Assembly: GCA_046290225.1 (NCBI GenBank)
Contig: JBKAGE010000075.1
Span: 96,001 to 160,000, forward strand
Origin: Bradymonadia bacterium
Lineage (GTDB): Bacteria; Myxococcota_A; Bradymonadia; UBA7976; UBA1532
Reading direction: 5' to 3'
Length of the DNA stretch: 64,000 bases
Position 1 is the stretch's first letter; each line of letters opens with the position of its first letter. Shown one piece after another: positions 45,001 to 53,639 of the stretch. The position numbers and the translations under genes were made by a program. The notes below the pieces were generated by a model that worked only from the letters and a program-made list of their open reading frames with translations, did no database searches and was not told the DNA's origin.

Positions 45001-46890
45001 CTCGCCGAAGAGCGCGAGCTCGAAGATGTTCCGGCTCTGGGCCCGCACTTGATAGACGTCGAAGTCCTGGCGCCAGTCGTTCACCCCGACGAGGTCGATG
45101 GGGGGATCAAAGGTGCTCAGGGCGTGCTGGTGAGCCAGCATGGCGTAGGTGTTTCCGCAGCGTGCGGCGACATTGTAGGACCGCTGAATATCGCCACAGG
45201 TGGGATCACCGGCGGACCACAGCCGGCTCACTTCACCCTGGGCGCCGCGGCCGCTCGTATCACGCCAACCCTGGGCGTCATAGGCGAGCAGTCGAGCATA
45301 CATCTCCCTCAGCTCGTCTGCGGTGGCGGTGCTGTAGGTAAAGCCCTGACCGGCAAAGGGTTGATCATCACCAGGGGCCAGCGTGTGCAGCCCCAGCCAC
45401 CGAGCCCCCAACAGGGCGACGGCGGTCATCTGATGGCTGCTCTCACCGGCGCCGCTGATCTCGATGGTGCGACGGGCGCCGCCATCGGTGGCCTCGGTGG
45501 ATCGAAGGGTGCCACCTACTGCGCCGAGCTGGTTGGCCCGAAGGTAGTCAGCGAGCCGGTATTTGACGCGGTTGTTCACTACGAGGGTGGCCTGCCCCTC
45601 GCCGACGCTGGCCTGAGCCTCGGCGCTGCTCAGGGCGATGATGGCCCAGTGACCGGCGAAGAGATCGGCCACTTCGCACCCCGCGGCGCCATCTGCAGGG
45701 GTGAGGGCGGCGGCCCAGCCGCCGGCGCCACAGCCTACGTCGAGCTGTGCCGAGGCGAGCAGGTCGATCATCTGCTGCGCGAGCCAGCGCCACGATTGAC
45801 CCCTGATGCCTTCTGGGCCCACCTGAATCGGAACGTCACCGAGGGTGGGCAGCACCGAGATCACCGCGGAGAGGGCCGTGGCATGGCTGAACAGGTCGAG
45901 CTGATCCCGGGCGGCGCCGATCCAGACCCCACGGCCATCGTCCGTACCCTCAATGGGGGCACACGTCAGCTCATTGCCGCTCTCGTCGATGCCGCAGGTG
46001 TTGATCTCGTCTGCGATGTTGACCGCTTCGAACCCTGCCCCAGAGAGGATCAGGGTGTGGAGCAGGCGCAGCTGGGTCTCGGCGAGCGGATCCGCCGCCC
46101 AGCGGGCGTCATTGTCGAGCTTCCAGGGGCCATCGAGGACGACCCCCTCGGGGTTGAACAGCTCCGCGTCGGGGGGAAACGCCGGCTGGTGCCCGCCGAG
46201 ACTCATGGACTTGATGGTGGCGGCGGCGGTCACCGCTTCTCGATGGGCGCCGCCGGGGTGCACGATGCGCGTGCTCATCTGGGGCCCGGGTGGCGTGCGG
46301 CCCTGAGACGCGGCGAGGTGCCGGCTCCAGAGGGCTTCACGGGCAGCGATCTGCCGCATCACTCGTCGTTGCTCGGCGGTCCATCGAGCGGGATCCCCAT
46401 CTGGCTCCCAATCGCGCACGAGGAACGCGTGGGTGCCGTAGGCCACCGCCCGATCGTCGCAGGTGCTCGTCACCTGAACGGTGTAGGCCACCACCTCGTC
46501 GCCTTGAACACGGGGCAACTGGTGGGTCTGGCTCAGGCTGTACACCGTCTGACCCTCGAGGGGCTCGGCGCCGCGGAGGAGCTGCTGATCGTCAGAAAAC
46601 AGGCCATTTCGGTCGATGTCCCACCGCACCTCGTACCCTGTGGGACAGACTGCATCACGGAGGATGGCCTTGAGGGTCACCGGGGCCAGCTCGTGGCCCG
46701 GATGAGGCAGATCGGGCTGAGCGCTGCTGTATGGAGCGACGATCACCGTAGGCGGTGGCTCGGGCGGATCCTCTTCGCCTTCTTCCTGGGCGAAGGCCGT
46801 GTTGCCCAGCCCCAAGACGAGGCTGGCGGTGGCAAGTAGAAGGGCCCTCGGTGAAGGGACCATGGTCGAGAGCGTAAAACGCGGAGACAT
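39028..46890 (-). CDS. Giant (~2620 aa) secreted PKD-repeat protein with an N-terminal helical domain
   Basis: Signal peptide (AFA-Q); more than 12 repeats of GPY...LDAS.S.D...WD.D.DG.YD; helical Cys-containing C-terminus; start moved to ATG 46890. Confidence 0.88.
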   Translation of the reverse strand: MSPRFTLSTMVPSPRALLLATASLVLGLGNTAFAQEEGEEDPPEPPPTVIVAPYSSAQPDLPHPGHELAPVTLKAILRDAVCPTGYEVRWDIDRNGLFSDDQQLLRGAEPLEGQTVYSLSQTHQLPRVQGDEVVAYTVQVTSTCDDRAVAYGTHAFLVRDWEPDGDPARWTAEQRRVMRQIAAREALWSRHLAASQGRTPPGPQMSTRIVHPGGAHREAVTAAATIKSMSLGGHQPAFPPDAELFNPEGVVLDGPWKLDNDARWAADPLAETQLRLLHTLILSGAGFEAVNIADEINTCGIDESGNELTCAPIEGTDDGRGVWIGAARDQLDLFSHATALSAVISVLPTLGDVPIQVGPEGIRGQSWRWLAQQMIDLLASAQLDVGCGAGGWAAALTPADGAAGCEVADLFAGHWAIIALSSAEAQASVGEGQATLVVNNRVKYRLADYLRANQLGAVGGTLRSTEATDGGARRTIEISGAGESSHQMTAVALLGARWLGLHTLAPGDDQPFAGQGFTYSTATADELREMYARLLAYDAQGWRDTSGRGAQGEVSRLWSAGDPTCGDIQRSYNVAARCGNTYAMLAHQHALSTFDPPIDLVGVNDWRQDFDVYQVRAQSRNIFELALFGETTDLFCDGASITCDLAGPPITSAWASELLVPELVELGPVASGAPVPEVVNEGCAGPTDGMVRFSHNESFVSGGERRLVGWDWDVDDSDGLWWETGVAPDFTSDNASSIFTHRYVQQGVYTATLRVRDDQDASSTITRTVTVRGLDNQTPVVDAGGPYTAGLGEAVTLTAHVQDPNIACGQAVTVRWDLDDDGAYDDGEGMSLVLDEAFLEGLALNRPHPIGVLVNDGEAATAAQTTLTIYAPNPSAVLNATPTPTLCDVEVELDASESFHPDPAHQIVRYQWSLDGEPGFERETRDPVLVYRFNRGGQIPVVLRVIDDQGLTGQTLFTVDAGGGNQPPIAIPDAALFIGETNRPLTLSAHSAFDPDRRCDDQIVEWAWDLDNDGAYDGLFDGRGVEMVIDSDTLALLVPESPLGTDLPTLVGRLRVTDRQGATAETTFGVVRQPTGPVAVIEQWPNPAPIDTITGRTVVSLDARQSAHPNPDIDIVSYQWDLDDDGIYEIIGGGEAGAIVDLERFTLPIPTRNSIPDLNIRLRLVDSTGSASVTLYTIRRMIEAVAPTADADPQPFPEPGYHVLVGEDLVLDASGSFDPLNEGDYIRRYRWDFLDDGDYEIERIDDDGDGAEAITIIPADELFDLGIETPLARYPVRLQVRDRQALPGEDLTSVTLHPVGPVSRALVQPNPAACGPDARILFDIADSDHGHPDIDLVSWAWDLDGDGEYDDSADARFWAQASSFSFDGPLDVGLRLEDSTGEVTETRFALSITAGNNPPVVDSGGPYPVQVGSDLFLDASGTFDVDGDCGDDVVRYLWDFNGDGETDLEVEDPVAEVDWATLVALGVDQRGTWITELTAVDRLGATAVARTRLEIYEGPQAIITSAETVVGCQADVQLSGAQSFSDAPGEEGVITDWAWDTDGDGQFDDGTGPQLSFRAQGDGVRTIALRVTDGGGLEDTTQLDLTINVNNLPPVAQVAGPYVTGPVRDGEGLVVEFQPITIDGRSSYDPNAPCDEIVAWAWDTDGDGQFGADDANGAPGQLGSDYTGPVIEDYVNPNWLPGTSQVVFLRVQDARGVNSAPTPVVIQVRDSVPPQGVLLSPSADETQCIGIEGLTIEYAISDADGDALLLTVLVDGEILGEPQLVDVPENGDLLEGDVTFAPEAVDEGLHHVAFVVDDGGGQPLTLDAGTLLFDRTAPQIAASALPVEGGCYPLGTPGAELEVYDALDPFPTLSRTQTEGACTRSQRLVATDTCGNTSEFVRTWQVGINPRLTLDAPSEGVLSGSTSITWDHETPADCRLDEPTVTLARQGGGVQVYTEGSLIDQPGVYRLDALTRNCIGEAFVSQREFSINGPPQVMGTLHHTVVEGEPLLLDMSGSTPPEVGDVVAEYRWDLDGDGDYELIQAAGVPVEADAALLGTLAGQINFPTDQVGVFRPQIQVIDGFGASTNVALTISVVDAAPQPATTGPYSIVEGQALAVDGRPSQPGSPLDGLTGYVWRWGDGTPDTSGIIATHTYTRDGVFTAELTVIDQDSRASIQVPVRVVDAPPVIVELSGPAEPFASAPQRFSVSAQPGVVSDPLQAYSWDFGDGTQVRGADLFEVEHTFDAPGTYTITATVHDTDSETRGTLVIDVRAPSLLEALEQIERSWADRVEASPPAAANTLDGARSSLDRALWFAQRDVTGSALNAAGALVQALSFAAGQGATVDDWMWLLLTQTLKETEALNAIVAELDLIDERERLAAEPVLVEARAQMADPTLRETIAIGRLAWRANDVWLQIFAAYDLLARQQSPCLGGVNNRYLIPPPGFQGIDFQVNLVADRVTESFATLAFEIQQVLDLGNALPGRAALSKALLRIREAQLALGEPGGIECQGPCMSDALALEIRLDLMDASIALSEARLSGLYDGPWQTCLANTLRFRENVWTQRLSEVCGAEDQWAADAEVRFDITEQLLDFDFDLYSALDHSRDQAGRCLALRGYNRCFARVGGADPVDLPPICGEAR

Positions 46891-47211
46891 CACTCCCCCG
46901 TGCACAGGTGGGTCGATGCGGTGGCCAGACGGGGACAGAAAACCATCTGGTGGCGCCTGCTCAAAAAAAGAGGCACCTCTGCCAGAGGGATATCGGCCAC
47001 ATCGCGTGGGGGCCCGAGTGCCAGATTCGGTGCTGGACATTACCGTGGCCTGCGAGGGTCAATCAAGCTGCCAGGCCCCTCGACCGATGGAGGGAGAGCG
47101 CATCGTAAATCACCTGCGGTCGCGACATTGAAACCAGGCGGGGTCATCTCGTAGAGTCAGCCTCAAGCCTGGGCCTTGGCGGACCAGCGCCTCAAGACGG
47201 AGGAACGTCTC

Positions 47212-50187
47212 TTGAAGTGGGAACGGCTGTCGTTCAAGCGGAGTCTCTGGCTCCCCAGCCTCGTGATCGCAGCGCTCGTTGTCGGGTGTGACGATGAGCC
47301 CCAGGATACTGGTCCACAGGCTGGTGCGGGTGGCGCGGGCAACCAGGGCGGCGCCGCGGGCGCTGGCAACGCCGGTGGCGCAGGTGGCGCAGGGAACGAA
47401 GGCGGCGCTGGGGGCGAGATGACCCCGGATGTCGGCATGGGCGGTGACGGCGGCATGGGCGGCGCGGGCGGTGCCCCACCCAATCTGTGCGAGCCCAACC
47501 CGTGCACCGGCGATCAGGTGTGCGATCCCACTACGGGGGCCTGCCTCGAGCCCGCCATGTGCGATTCCGACGACGACTGCCTCGAGGGTCGCATCTGCGA
47601 GGCGCCAAGCTGCGTGCCGGGCTGCGGATCCGACGAAGAGTGCGTCGGCACCGCCGCCGGTGACTTCTGCAACCCCGACACCAACCGGTGTATGACCTGC
47701 TTCCTCGACGAGCACTGTCCGGGCTTGCAGCTGTGCGATGTGGAGAGCGCCGCCTGCATCGAGGCCAACGTTTGTCGTTCTGGCGTGGATTGCCTCGGTG
47801 ACCGCGTGTGTGTCGATGGCGCCTGCGCCGACGGCTTTGACTGCGCTCGAGATGGCTGCCCCGACGGTCGTGTTTGTGTGAACGCCGAGTGCATCCTGCC
47901 CCCTGACGGCACGTGTCAGAACAACGACCAGTGCCCCTTTGGCCAGATCTGCAACGTCGACACCTGTGAACCGTGCAGCGCCGACGAGCAGTGCCCTGGC
48001 AACCAGGTCTGCGTCGAGGGCCCAGAGGGTCCTGTGTGCGGCGAGCCGCTGGCCTGTGTGAACGATGACGATTGCGTGGGTCTGCGTACCTGCGTGGAGA
48101 ACGAGTGCGTCGCCGCCATCTGTGACGACGGCGACGATGCTTTCGAGCCCAACAACGCCCTCGCCACCCCTCAGGTCCTCATGGGGGCCCAGAGCTGGCC
48201 CGATCTGCTGAGCTGCGATCCCGACTGGTACCAGATCGACGTGCCCGCCGACGCCCAGCTCACGGTGAGCATTCGCCAGGCCGACGCCGCGGGCGATCTC
48301 GATCTGTTCCTCGTCAATGGCGATGGCCGAACCCTGGGCAGCTCCGAGACTCTGCAGCTTCTGGAGTCAGTCACCGTGGGGCCCTTCGAGGGCGGTGCGG
48401 TGACGTCTGTCTACGTGGAGGTGCGCCCCGAAGAGCTGGTGAACCCCGTGCGGTACACCCTCGAGGTGGAGATCATCGAAGGGGGTGACGTCTGCATCGA
48501 CGATGCCGGTGAAGATGGTGTGGGCGACGACACCGTTGAGACCGCTCAGGTGCTCCGGGCCGAAGGCGAGCAGGAGGTCGACGGCCTCGTGAACGGCCGG
48601 CTGTGCCCCATGGACGACGACTACTACAGCATTCATCTGACTGCCGGTGAGCGCTTCGCCATCGACGCTGAGATCGACATCAACGATCTCACCCTCGAGG
48701 TGACCCTCATCCCCCCTGTAGGTCCCGAGCAGACCACGCGCTATGGCCGCGGCATCGTGCCTGAGCCCATCGACATCTTCCCCATCAACGCCACGGGGGA
48801 GTACATCCTCCGGGCTCGGGCCGTGGACGGGGCTGGTGATTACCGCCTCGTCATCACTGCCATCGATGCCGATCTGCAGCGCATCTGTGATGACGCCCGC
48901 GACGCGCTCCCCATCTCCCTCGCTGGTGGGGTGGGTCAGGTCATCGATCGTTTGCCAGCCCCCGTGGCCGGCCAGCCTCAGGGGAACAACGAGCTCAACG
49001 TCATGACGGCCACCTGCGCCCCCCCGGGAGAGGGCAGCGAGGCTGTGTACGTGATCAACGTCGACCAGCCCCAGCTGCTCATGGCCAGGGTCACTGGTCT
49101 TGGGACCGGCACCCTCGGTGATCCGCTGGTGAGCGTGCGCTCGGTGTGTGAGCAGGCGGCCTCCGAGCTGGCCTGCAACGACGATGTGCCCTCGCCCCTG
49201 TTCCCCATGCTCTACAGCATCAACCCTGCAGAGCTGCGGGTGCCCCTTGACCGGGCGGGCCAGTACTACGTCATCGTCGAAGGGGTCGACGGAGGTGATC
49301 AGCGGGACTTCCAGCTCGATCTCGAGAGTCGCCAGCTGGGCGCCGCCCCGCCGAACGACAGCTGCCTCGAGGCCGAGAACCTCGTCTTCATGGACGGAGA
49401 GGCCAGCACTACAGTGCTCCTCGATCAGGCAGAGGACGATCACGAGGGCAGCTGCATCGGCATCGGCGGCCCCGACGCTGTGTATCGACTCAACCTCGAG
49501 CAGCCCGCCTCCGTGCGGGTGAGCCTCGACGCCGATTTCGCCGTCGGCGCGTGGATCAGCCCGGTGTGTGGCGACGCTGAGATCGAGGCCGCCTGTGGTG
49601 TGGGCCTCGACGTGGCGCTGCTCCCTGCAGGGGAATACTTCCTCGGCATCGAGGGGGCGTCGGCGACGAGCCGTGGTCGGGTGCGAGTGCAGGTGCAGGT
49701 GGATGAGGCCCGTACAGATCAGCTGAACGAGACGTGCGACGGCGCTCTGGCCCTCGATCCTGCTGGTGGTGAGATCAACGGCGACACCCGTGCTGCTGAA
49801 GATGATCACCGCCTCGGCGAAGACAACGTGTGCACAGGTCACGACACCCGCGGTGGCGATCTGGCGTACGCTCTTTCGGTGCCCAACGGCGAGCGCGTTC
49901 GGGTGGAGGTGAACCCCATCGGTGGCTGGGATGCATCGCTCTATGTCACCTCAGCCTGTGGAGATCTCCTGGGCAACTGCATCGCTGGAAGCGATGGTGC
50001 CCTCTCGGAGCGGGTGGTGATCACCGCCAACGGCGCCGAGGGTGGCAGCAGCGACTTCAACATCATCGTCGACGGCACCCAGGGCGAGCGAGGGCCCTTT
50101 ACCCTCAGCTGGGGCCCTGTGGAGTGTCTCGCGGACAACGAGTGCCCCGCCGGTCGCTGTGTTGATGATCGATGTGTGAACGACTGA
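47212..50187 (+). CDS. Cys-rich/PPC-domain lipoprotein, divergent paralogue-like of 31554-34958
   Basis: Lipobox LVVGC, Gly-rich linker, Cys-rich repeats, FEPNN/LCPMDDDYY PPC-like modules, ND.C..A repeats; RBS GGAGG before TTG 47212. Confidence 0.88.
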   Translation: MKWERLSFKRSLWLPSLVIAALVVGCDDEPQDTGPQAGAGGAGNQGGAAGAGNAGGAGGAGNEGGAGGEMTPDVGMGGDGGMGGAGGAPPNLCEPNPCTGDQVCDPTTGACLEPAMCDSDDDCLEGRICEAPSCVPGCGSDEECVGTAAGDFCNPDTNRCMTCFLDEHCPGLQLCDVESAACIEANVCRSGVDCLGDRVCVDGACADGFDCARDGCPDGRVCVNAECILPPDGTCQNNDQCPFGQICNVDTCEPCSADEQCPGNQVCVEGPEGPVCGEPLACVNDDDCVGLRTCVENECVAAICDDGDDAFEPNNALATPQVLMGAQSWPDLLSCDPDWYQIDVPADAQLTVSIRQADAAGDLDLFLVNGDGRTLGSSETLQLLESVTVGPFEGGAVTSVYVEVRPEELVNPVRYTLEVEIIEGGDVCIDDAGEDGVGDDTVETAQVLRAEGEQEVDGLVNGRLCPMDDDYYSIHLTAGERFAIDAEIDINDLTLEVTLIPPVGPEQTTRYGRGIVPEPIDIFPINATGEYILRARAVDGAGDYRLVITAIDADLQRICDDARDALPISLAGGVGQVIDRLPAPVAGQPQGNNELNVMTATCAPPGEGSEAVYVINVDQPQLLMARVTGLGTGTLGDPLVSVRSVCEQAASELACNDDVPSPLFPMLYSINPAELRVPLDRAGQYYVIVEGVDGGDQRDFQLDLESRQLGAAPPNDSCLEAENLVFMDGEASTTVLLDQAEDDHEGSCIGIGGPDAVYRLNLEQPASVRVSLDADFAVGAWISPVCGDAEIEAACGVGLDVALLPAGEYFLGIEGASATSRGRVRVQVQVDEARTDQLNETCDGALALDPAGGEINGDTRAAEDDHRLGEDNVCTGHDTRGGDLAYALSVPNGERVRVEVNPIGGWDASLYVTSACGDLLGNCIAGSDGALSERVVITANGAEGGSSDFNIIVDGTQGERGPFTLSWGPVECLADNECPAGRCVDDRCVND

Positions 50188-50242
50188 GGTCATACACGGC
50201 ACTGATGATGTGCCGTCAGGACCACGAACCCCTGGGAGTCGA

Positions 50243-51433
50243 ATGACTGACGCGCCGTCGCCCGCCCCTGAGGCCGGACCCCTCGACGTCGGAGCGCTGA
50301 GGCCTCACTACAGCGCCTTTCTCACCCCTGGCCGAGTGCTGCTCACCGGCCATTCTCATCAAGCGTGGCCCGACGTGGCCCGAGCGGGCATGCTCGAGGC
50401 CTTCGAAGATGCTGCGGCCCACGTGGACGACAAATGGTCCCGGGCGCTGGCCTGCGCAGATGACATCAGAGCCTCGCTGGCATCGAACCTCGGCGCCCGG
50501 CCGGAAGAGTTTGCTCTGGGGGCCAACACCCACGAGCTGATCGCCCGATGTCTCTCCACTCTCCCAGAAGGGCGTCGTCGACACCTCGTCACCACCGATG
50601 GGGAGTTTCACAGCATCACGCGTCAACTGCGGCGGCTCGCCGAAGAAGGGGTGGAGATCACCTGGGTGCCCGCGCAGCCCGTGGACACCCTCGCAGAGCG
50701 GCTCGCCTCGGAGATCCGGCCAGATACCGGCGCGGTGATGGTGTCCACGGTGCTCTTCGGCACGGGCCACGCCGTGCCTCATCTCCGAGCCTGTGTCGAC
50801 GCTGCGCATCGCCACGGGGCGCGGATCATCCTCGATGCCTATCACGCGTATGGGGTGAGGCCCTTTGCCCTGAGTGATTTCGGGCCTGATCCGATCTACA
50901 TGGTGGGTGGTGGCTACAAGTATGTGCAGTGGGGCGAAGGTGTGTGCTGGTTGCGGACCCCCGCTGGATGCACGGACCGGCCGGTCTACACCGGGTGGTT
51001 TGCAGAGTTTGCCCAGCTCGATGCCCCCCGCCACCCCGGCGAGGTGTTGTACGGCGGGGGCGGGGCGGGCCGGTATGCCGGCAGCACCTATGATCCCGTG
51101 AGTCACTACCGTGCACGAGCGGTCATCCGCTTTTTCGAATCGCAGGGCATGACTCCGAAACGATTGCAGGCGCTCTACAGCCGCCAGACCCAGCGCATCA
51201 TCGACGGCCTGCCCCCTCAGTGGACGCTCTTGTCGCCTCGCGAGGCGAGCCGACGAGGCGGCTTCGTGTCGGTGCGCCATCCGAAGGCTGCCGAAGTGGT
51301 GACCCATTTGAGGGGGTTGGGCATTTACACCGATGCCCGGGGAGAGCGATTACGGTTGGGCCCGGCGCCGTACATCCTCGACGACGAGATCGATCAAGCC
51401 CTGGCGGCGCTCCGCGCCCCCGAGCTTCAGTGA
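50243..51433 (+). CDS. kynU: Kynureninase-like PLP enzyme (class V aminotransferase fold)
   Basis: LTGHSHQ, EFHS, LDAYH, GGYKY (PLP Lys), TGWFA, RRGGFV, DARG..LRLGPAP. Confidence 0.75.
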   Translation: MTDAPSPAPEAGPLDVGALRPHYSAFLTPGRVLLTGHSHQAWPDVARAGMLEAFEDAAAHVDDKWSRALACADDIRASLASNLGARPEEFALGANTHELIARCLSTLPEGRRRHLVTTDGEFHSITRQLRRLAEEGVEITWVPAQPVDTLAERLASEIRPDTGAVMVSTVLFGTGHAVPHLRACVDAAHRHGARIILDAYHAYGVRPFALSDFGPDPIYMVGGGYKYVQWGEGVCWLRTPAGCTDRPVYTGWFAEFAQLDAPRHPGEVLYGGGGAGRYAGSTYDPVSHYRARAVIRFFESQGMTPKRLQALYSRQTQRIIDGLPPQWTLLSPREASRRGGFVSVRHPKAAEVVTHLRGLGIYTDARGERLRLGPAPYILDDEIDQALAALRAPELQ

Positions 51434-51521
51434 CTGGAGCGCGCCTCGCCCCCCGGTGAGGTTGTGCTAATGTCTCTTTATGACACACTGCGCCCACGTT
51501 CGGCTCTGAGGAGGCTGGCTC

Positions 51522-53639
51522 TTGGAGTACGCCACAGATCCCGAGACCCTGCCAGAGGAGGTGATCCGCGGAGTACTCAGCCAGTGGGCTGAGCTCGGCG
51601 CCCTCGTCGTGACTGGGGCTCAGGATGAAGCGCAGGCCATGACCGTGGCCAGGGGGCTGGTGCAGATCGCCTCCAGCACAGGGCTGGTCCTGCTGCTGTC
51701 GCCGAACACGATACAGGCGCGGGGTCACGTGGTCTTCGAGGCCCCGCTCCAGCAGCGCAACTACCTCCCTTATATTTTGTTTCGTCATGGCATCCGGCGA
51801 CTGAGCTTCGACAGTACGCTCACCTCCCTCCAGGCCCGGGCCCTCATCGATGGATACATCGCCTGTCTGAGCCCGGGTGGGGGCCAGCTCGACCTCTCGG
51901 AGGTCTGGAGCAGAGCTTCGGTGCAGAGCGTGCGCTGGCTCACGGTGAGCCCCCTCGGGGAGCGGGCGATCCTCGGCGAGCCCAAAAGCCTCGAGGCCAT
52001 GGGTACAATGCTCAAGCGCCTCACGGGGCTGGGGGAGCCTCTGGCAGACCGCCTCATGCCCTCGGTGACCCCTCTACAGGAAGATCCCTTCGAGACCGAG
52101 GCATTGCTGCCTGCAGAGGGACCCCAAATCGCCGAAGCGCTGATTCAGGCGGAGGAGCGGTCGTTCCCCGACGAGGTGGCCCACCTGGTGCACCTGCTGG
52201 CATGTTTCGCTCTGCGGGCGCCGTCCCCCCTCGGTGTGAAGGGTCTCAGCGCGCTGATCTCCCGATTGCTTGTAGAGACGGCAATTCGTCGCCACTGGAA
52301 CCAGTACGCCGCGGTGTGTCGAACCCTCCAGGCGCTGTGCGGGCTCAAGCAGACTCAGAGCAGTGCCGTGCTGTTTTCACTCGAGGCCGTGGAGAGGGCG
52401 CTGGTGAGCGCCGAGGTGATCGAGGCCCTGGCGCTGTATCTCGACGACGAGCGGGACTTCAACCTCTGGATCAGGTGGTTCTTCGCCACAGAGGAGTATT
52501 TCGAACTCGATGGGGTGGTGGAGACCCTCGCGGTGGTGCCAGAGGGCCCTGGGCGAAACTTCTTGCGCGACTTGCTCCATCAGCAAGGCCTCGGATCGCT
52601 GGAGCGCTGGTCGGAGCGTCTGAAGTCGGGGGCCATAGACGAAGCCTTCGAGCTGTTGCGACTGCTGGAAAAGGGGGCCCTCGGTGATGGGGGGACGGTG
52701 CTCCTGAGGCTGGCCCTTAGACACACCCACCGTGACGTGCGCACCCAAGCTGCTCAGGCCCTGGCCCGCCGTCGCCCCGGGCGCCTGGTGGACTGGCTGG
52801 TGCCCCTGCTTCACGATCCTGAGGCGATGGTGCGTCGAAGCGCAGCAAGAGGTCTCGTGGAAGCTGGAGGCCGTGAGGCCGCCGAGGCGTTGGGTCGATG
52901 CATCCTCGAGGATGTCTTCGAGCAACGCCCTGCGAGCGAGCGCCGCGCCCTCTGCGAGGCACTGGGCGCCCTCGGTGGCCCTGAAGCCATGCGCACCCTC
53001 AGTCACAAGATCAACCCCGTGGAGCATCCCTGGGCCGCGGACGATCCGCGATGGCCTGCGGTGTACGGTCTCGTGAGGCTGGGCCCGCCAGGCCGCATCA
53101 TGGTGGACCAGATCAAACGCCATGTGTCGACGCCAGAGTCAGAGGGTCGCCTGAGGCACGCCCTGTCCAGCATCCAGGAGCCCCCCTGGGTGGTGCCGTT
53201 GAAGGCGACCCCCTTCGAGGTGGAGCCGATCTCCCGGGATACCCTCGCCTTCATCGATGGGGAGCAGGCGATGGGCGAGGGGTTGATCTTCGATCCGCAG
53301 ACACTGGTGGATGCGGTGATTCCACCGCCGAAGATCCCTCGACAGGTCGAGGTCAGCCTCGAACACGTCATCGAGCCTGATTTGGCGAGCCTCGACGAGA
53401 TGGTCTTCGACGAGTCTGTCTGGGCCGTGGAGCAGATCACCCACGTGGAGCTTGAAGAAGAGGAGACCGCCGCCGAGGCAAGCCCGGGGCAGGGGGCTTC
53501 GGAGGTGAGCGCTCTGGTGAGTGCATATCTCGAGTCGGTGCAGACGCCTCGAACGGTGAAGAGGCCCGCTGAGCAGCCTGACGCGCAACAGAGCTTGCCC
53601 GACTTGTTGAAGTCTTTCCTGGAGCAAGTGGATGACTGA
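51522..53639 (+). CDS. HEAT-repeat protein
   Basis: LFRHGIRRLSF N-terminal module; HEAT repeats DVRTQAAQAL, DPEAMVRRSAARGL, ALGALGG. Confidence 0.75.
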   Translation: MEYATDPETLPEEVIRGVLSQWAELGALVVTGAQDEAQAMTVARGLVQIASSTGLVLLLSPNTIQARGHVVFEAPLQQRNYLPYILFRHGIRRLSFDSTLTSLQARALIDGYIACLSPGGGQLDLSEVWSRASVQSVRWLTVSPLGERAILGEPKSLEAMGTMLKRLTGLGEPLADRLMPSVTPLQEDPFETEALLPAEGPQIAEALIQAEERSFPDEVAHLVHLLACFALRAPSPLGVKGLSALISRLLVETAIRRHWNQYAAVCRTLQALCGLKQTQSSAVLFSLEAVERALVSAEVIEALALYLDDERDFNLWIRWFFATEEYFELDGVVETLAVVPEGPGRNFLRDLLHQQGLGSLERWSERLKSGAIDEAFELLRLLEKGALGDGGTVLLRLALRHTHRDVRTQAAQALARRRPGRLVDWLVPLLHDPEAMVRRSAARGLVEAGGREAAEALGRCILEDVFEQRPASERRALCEALGALGGPEAMRTLSHKINPVEHPWAADDPRWPAVYGLVRLGPPGRIMVDQIKRHVSTPESEGRLRHALSSIQEPPWVVPLKATPFEVEPISRDTLAFIDGEQAMGEGLIFDPQTLVDAVIPPPKIPRQVEVSLEHVIEPDLASLDEMVFDESVWAVEQITHVELEEEETAAEASPGQGASEVSALVSAYLESVQTPRTVKRPAEQPDAQQSLPDLLKSFLEQVDD

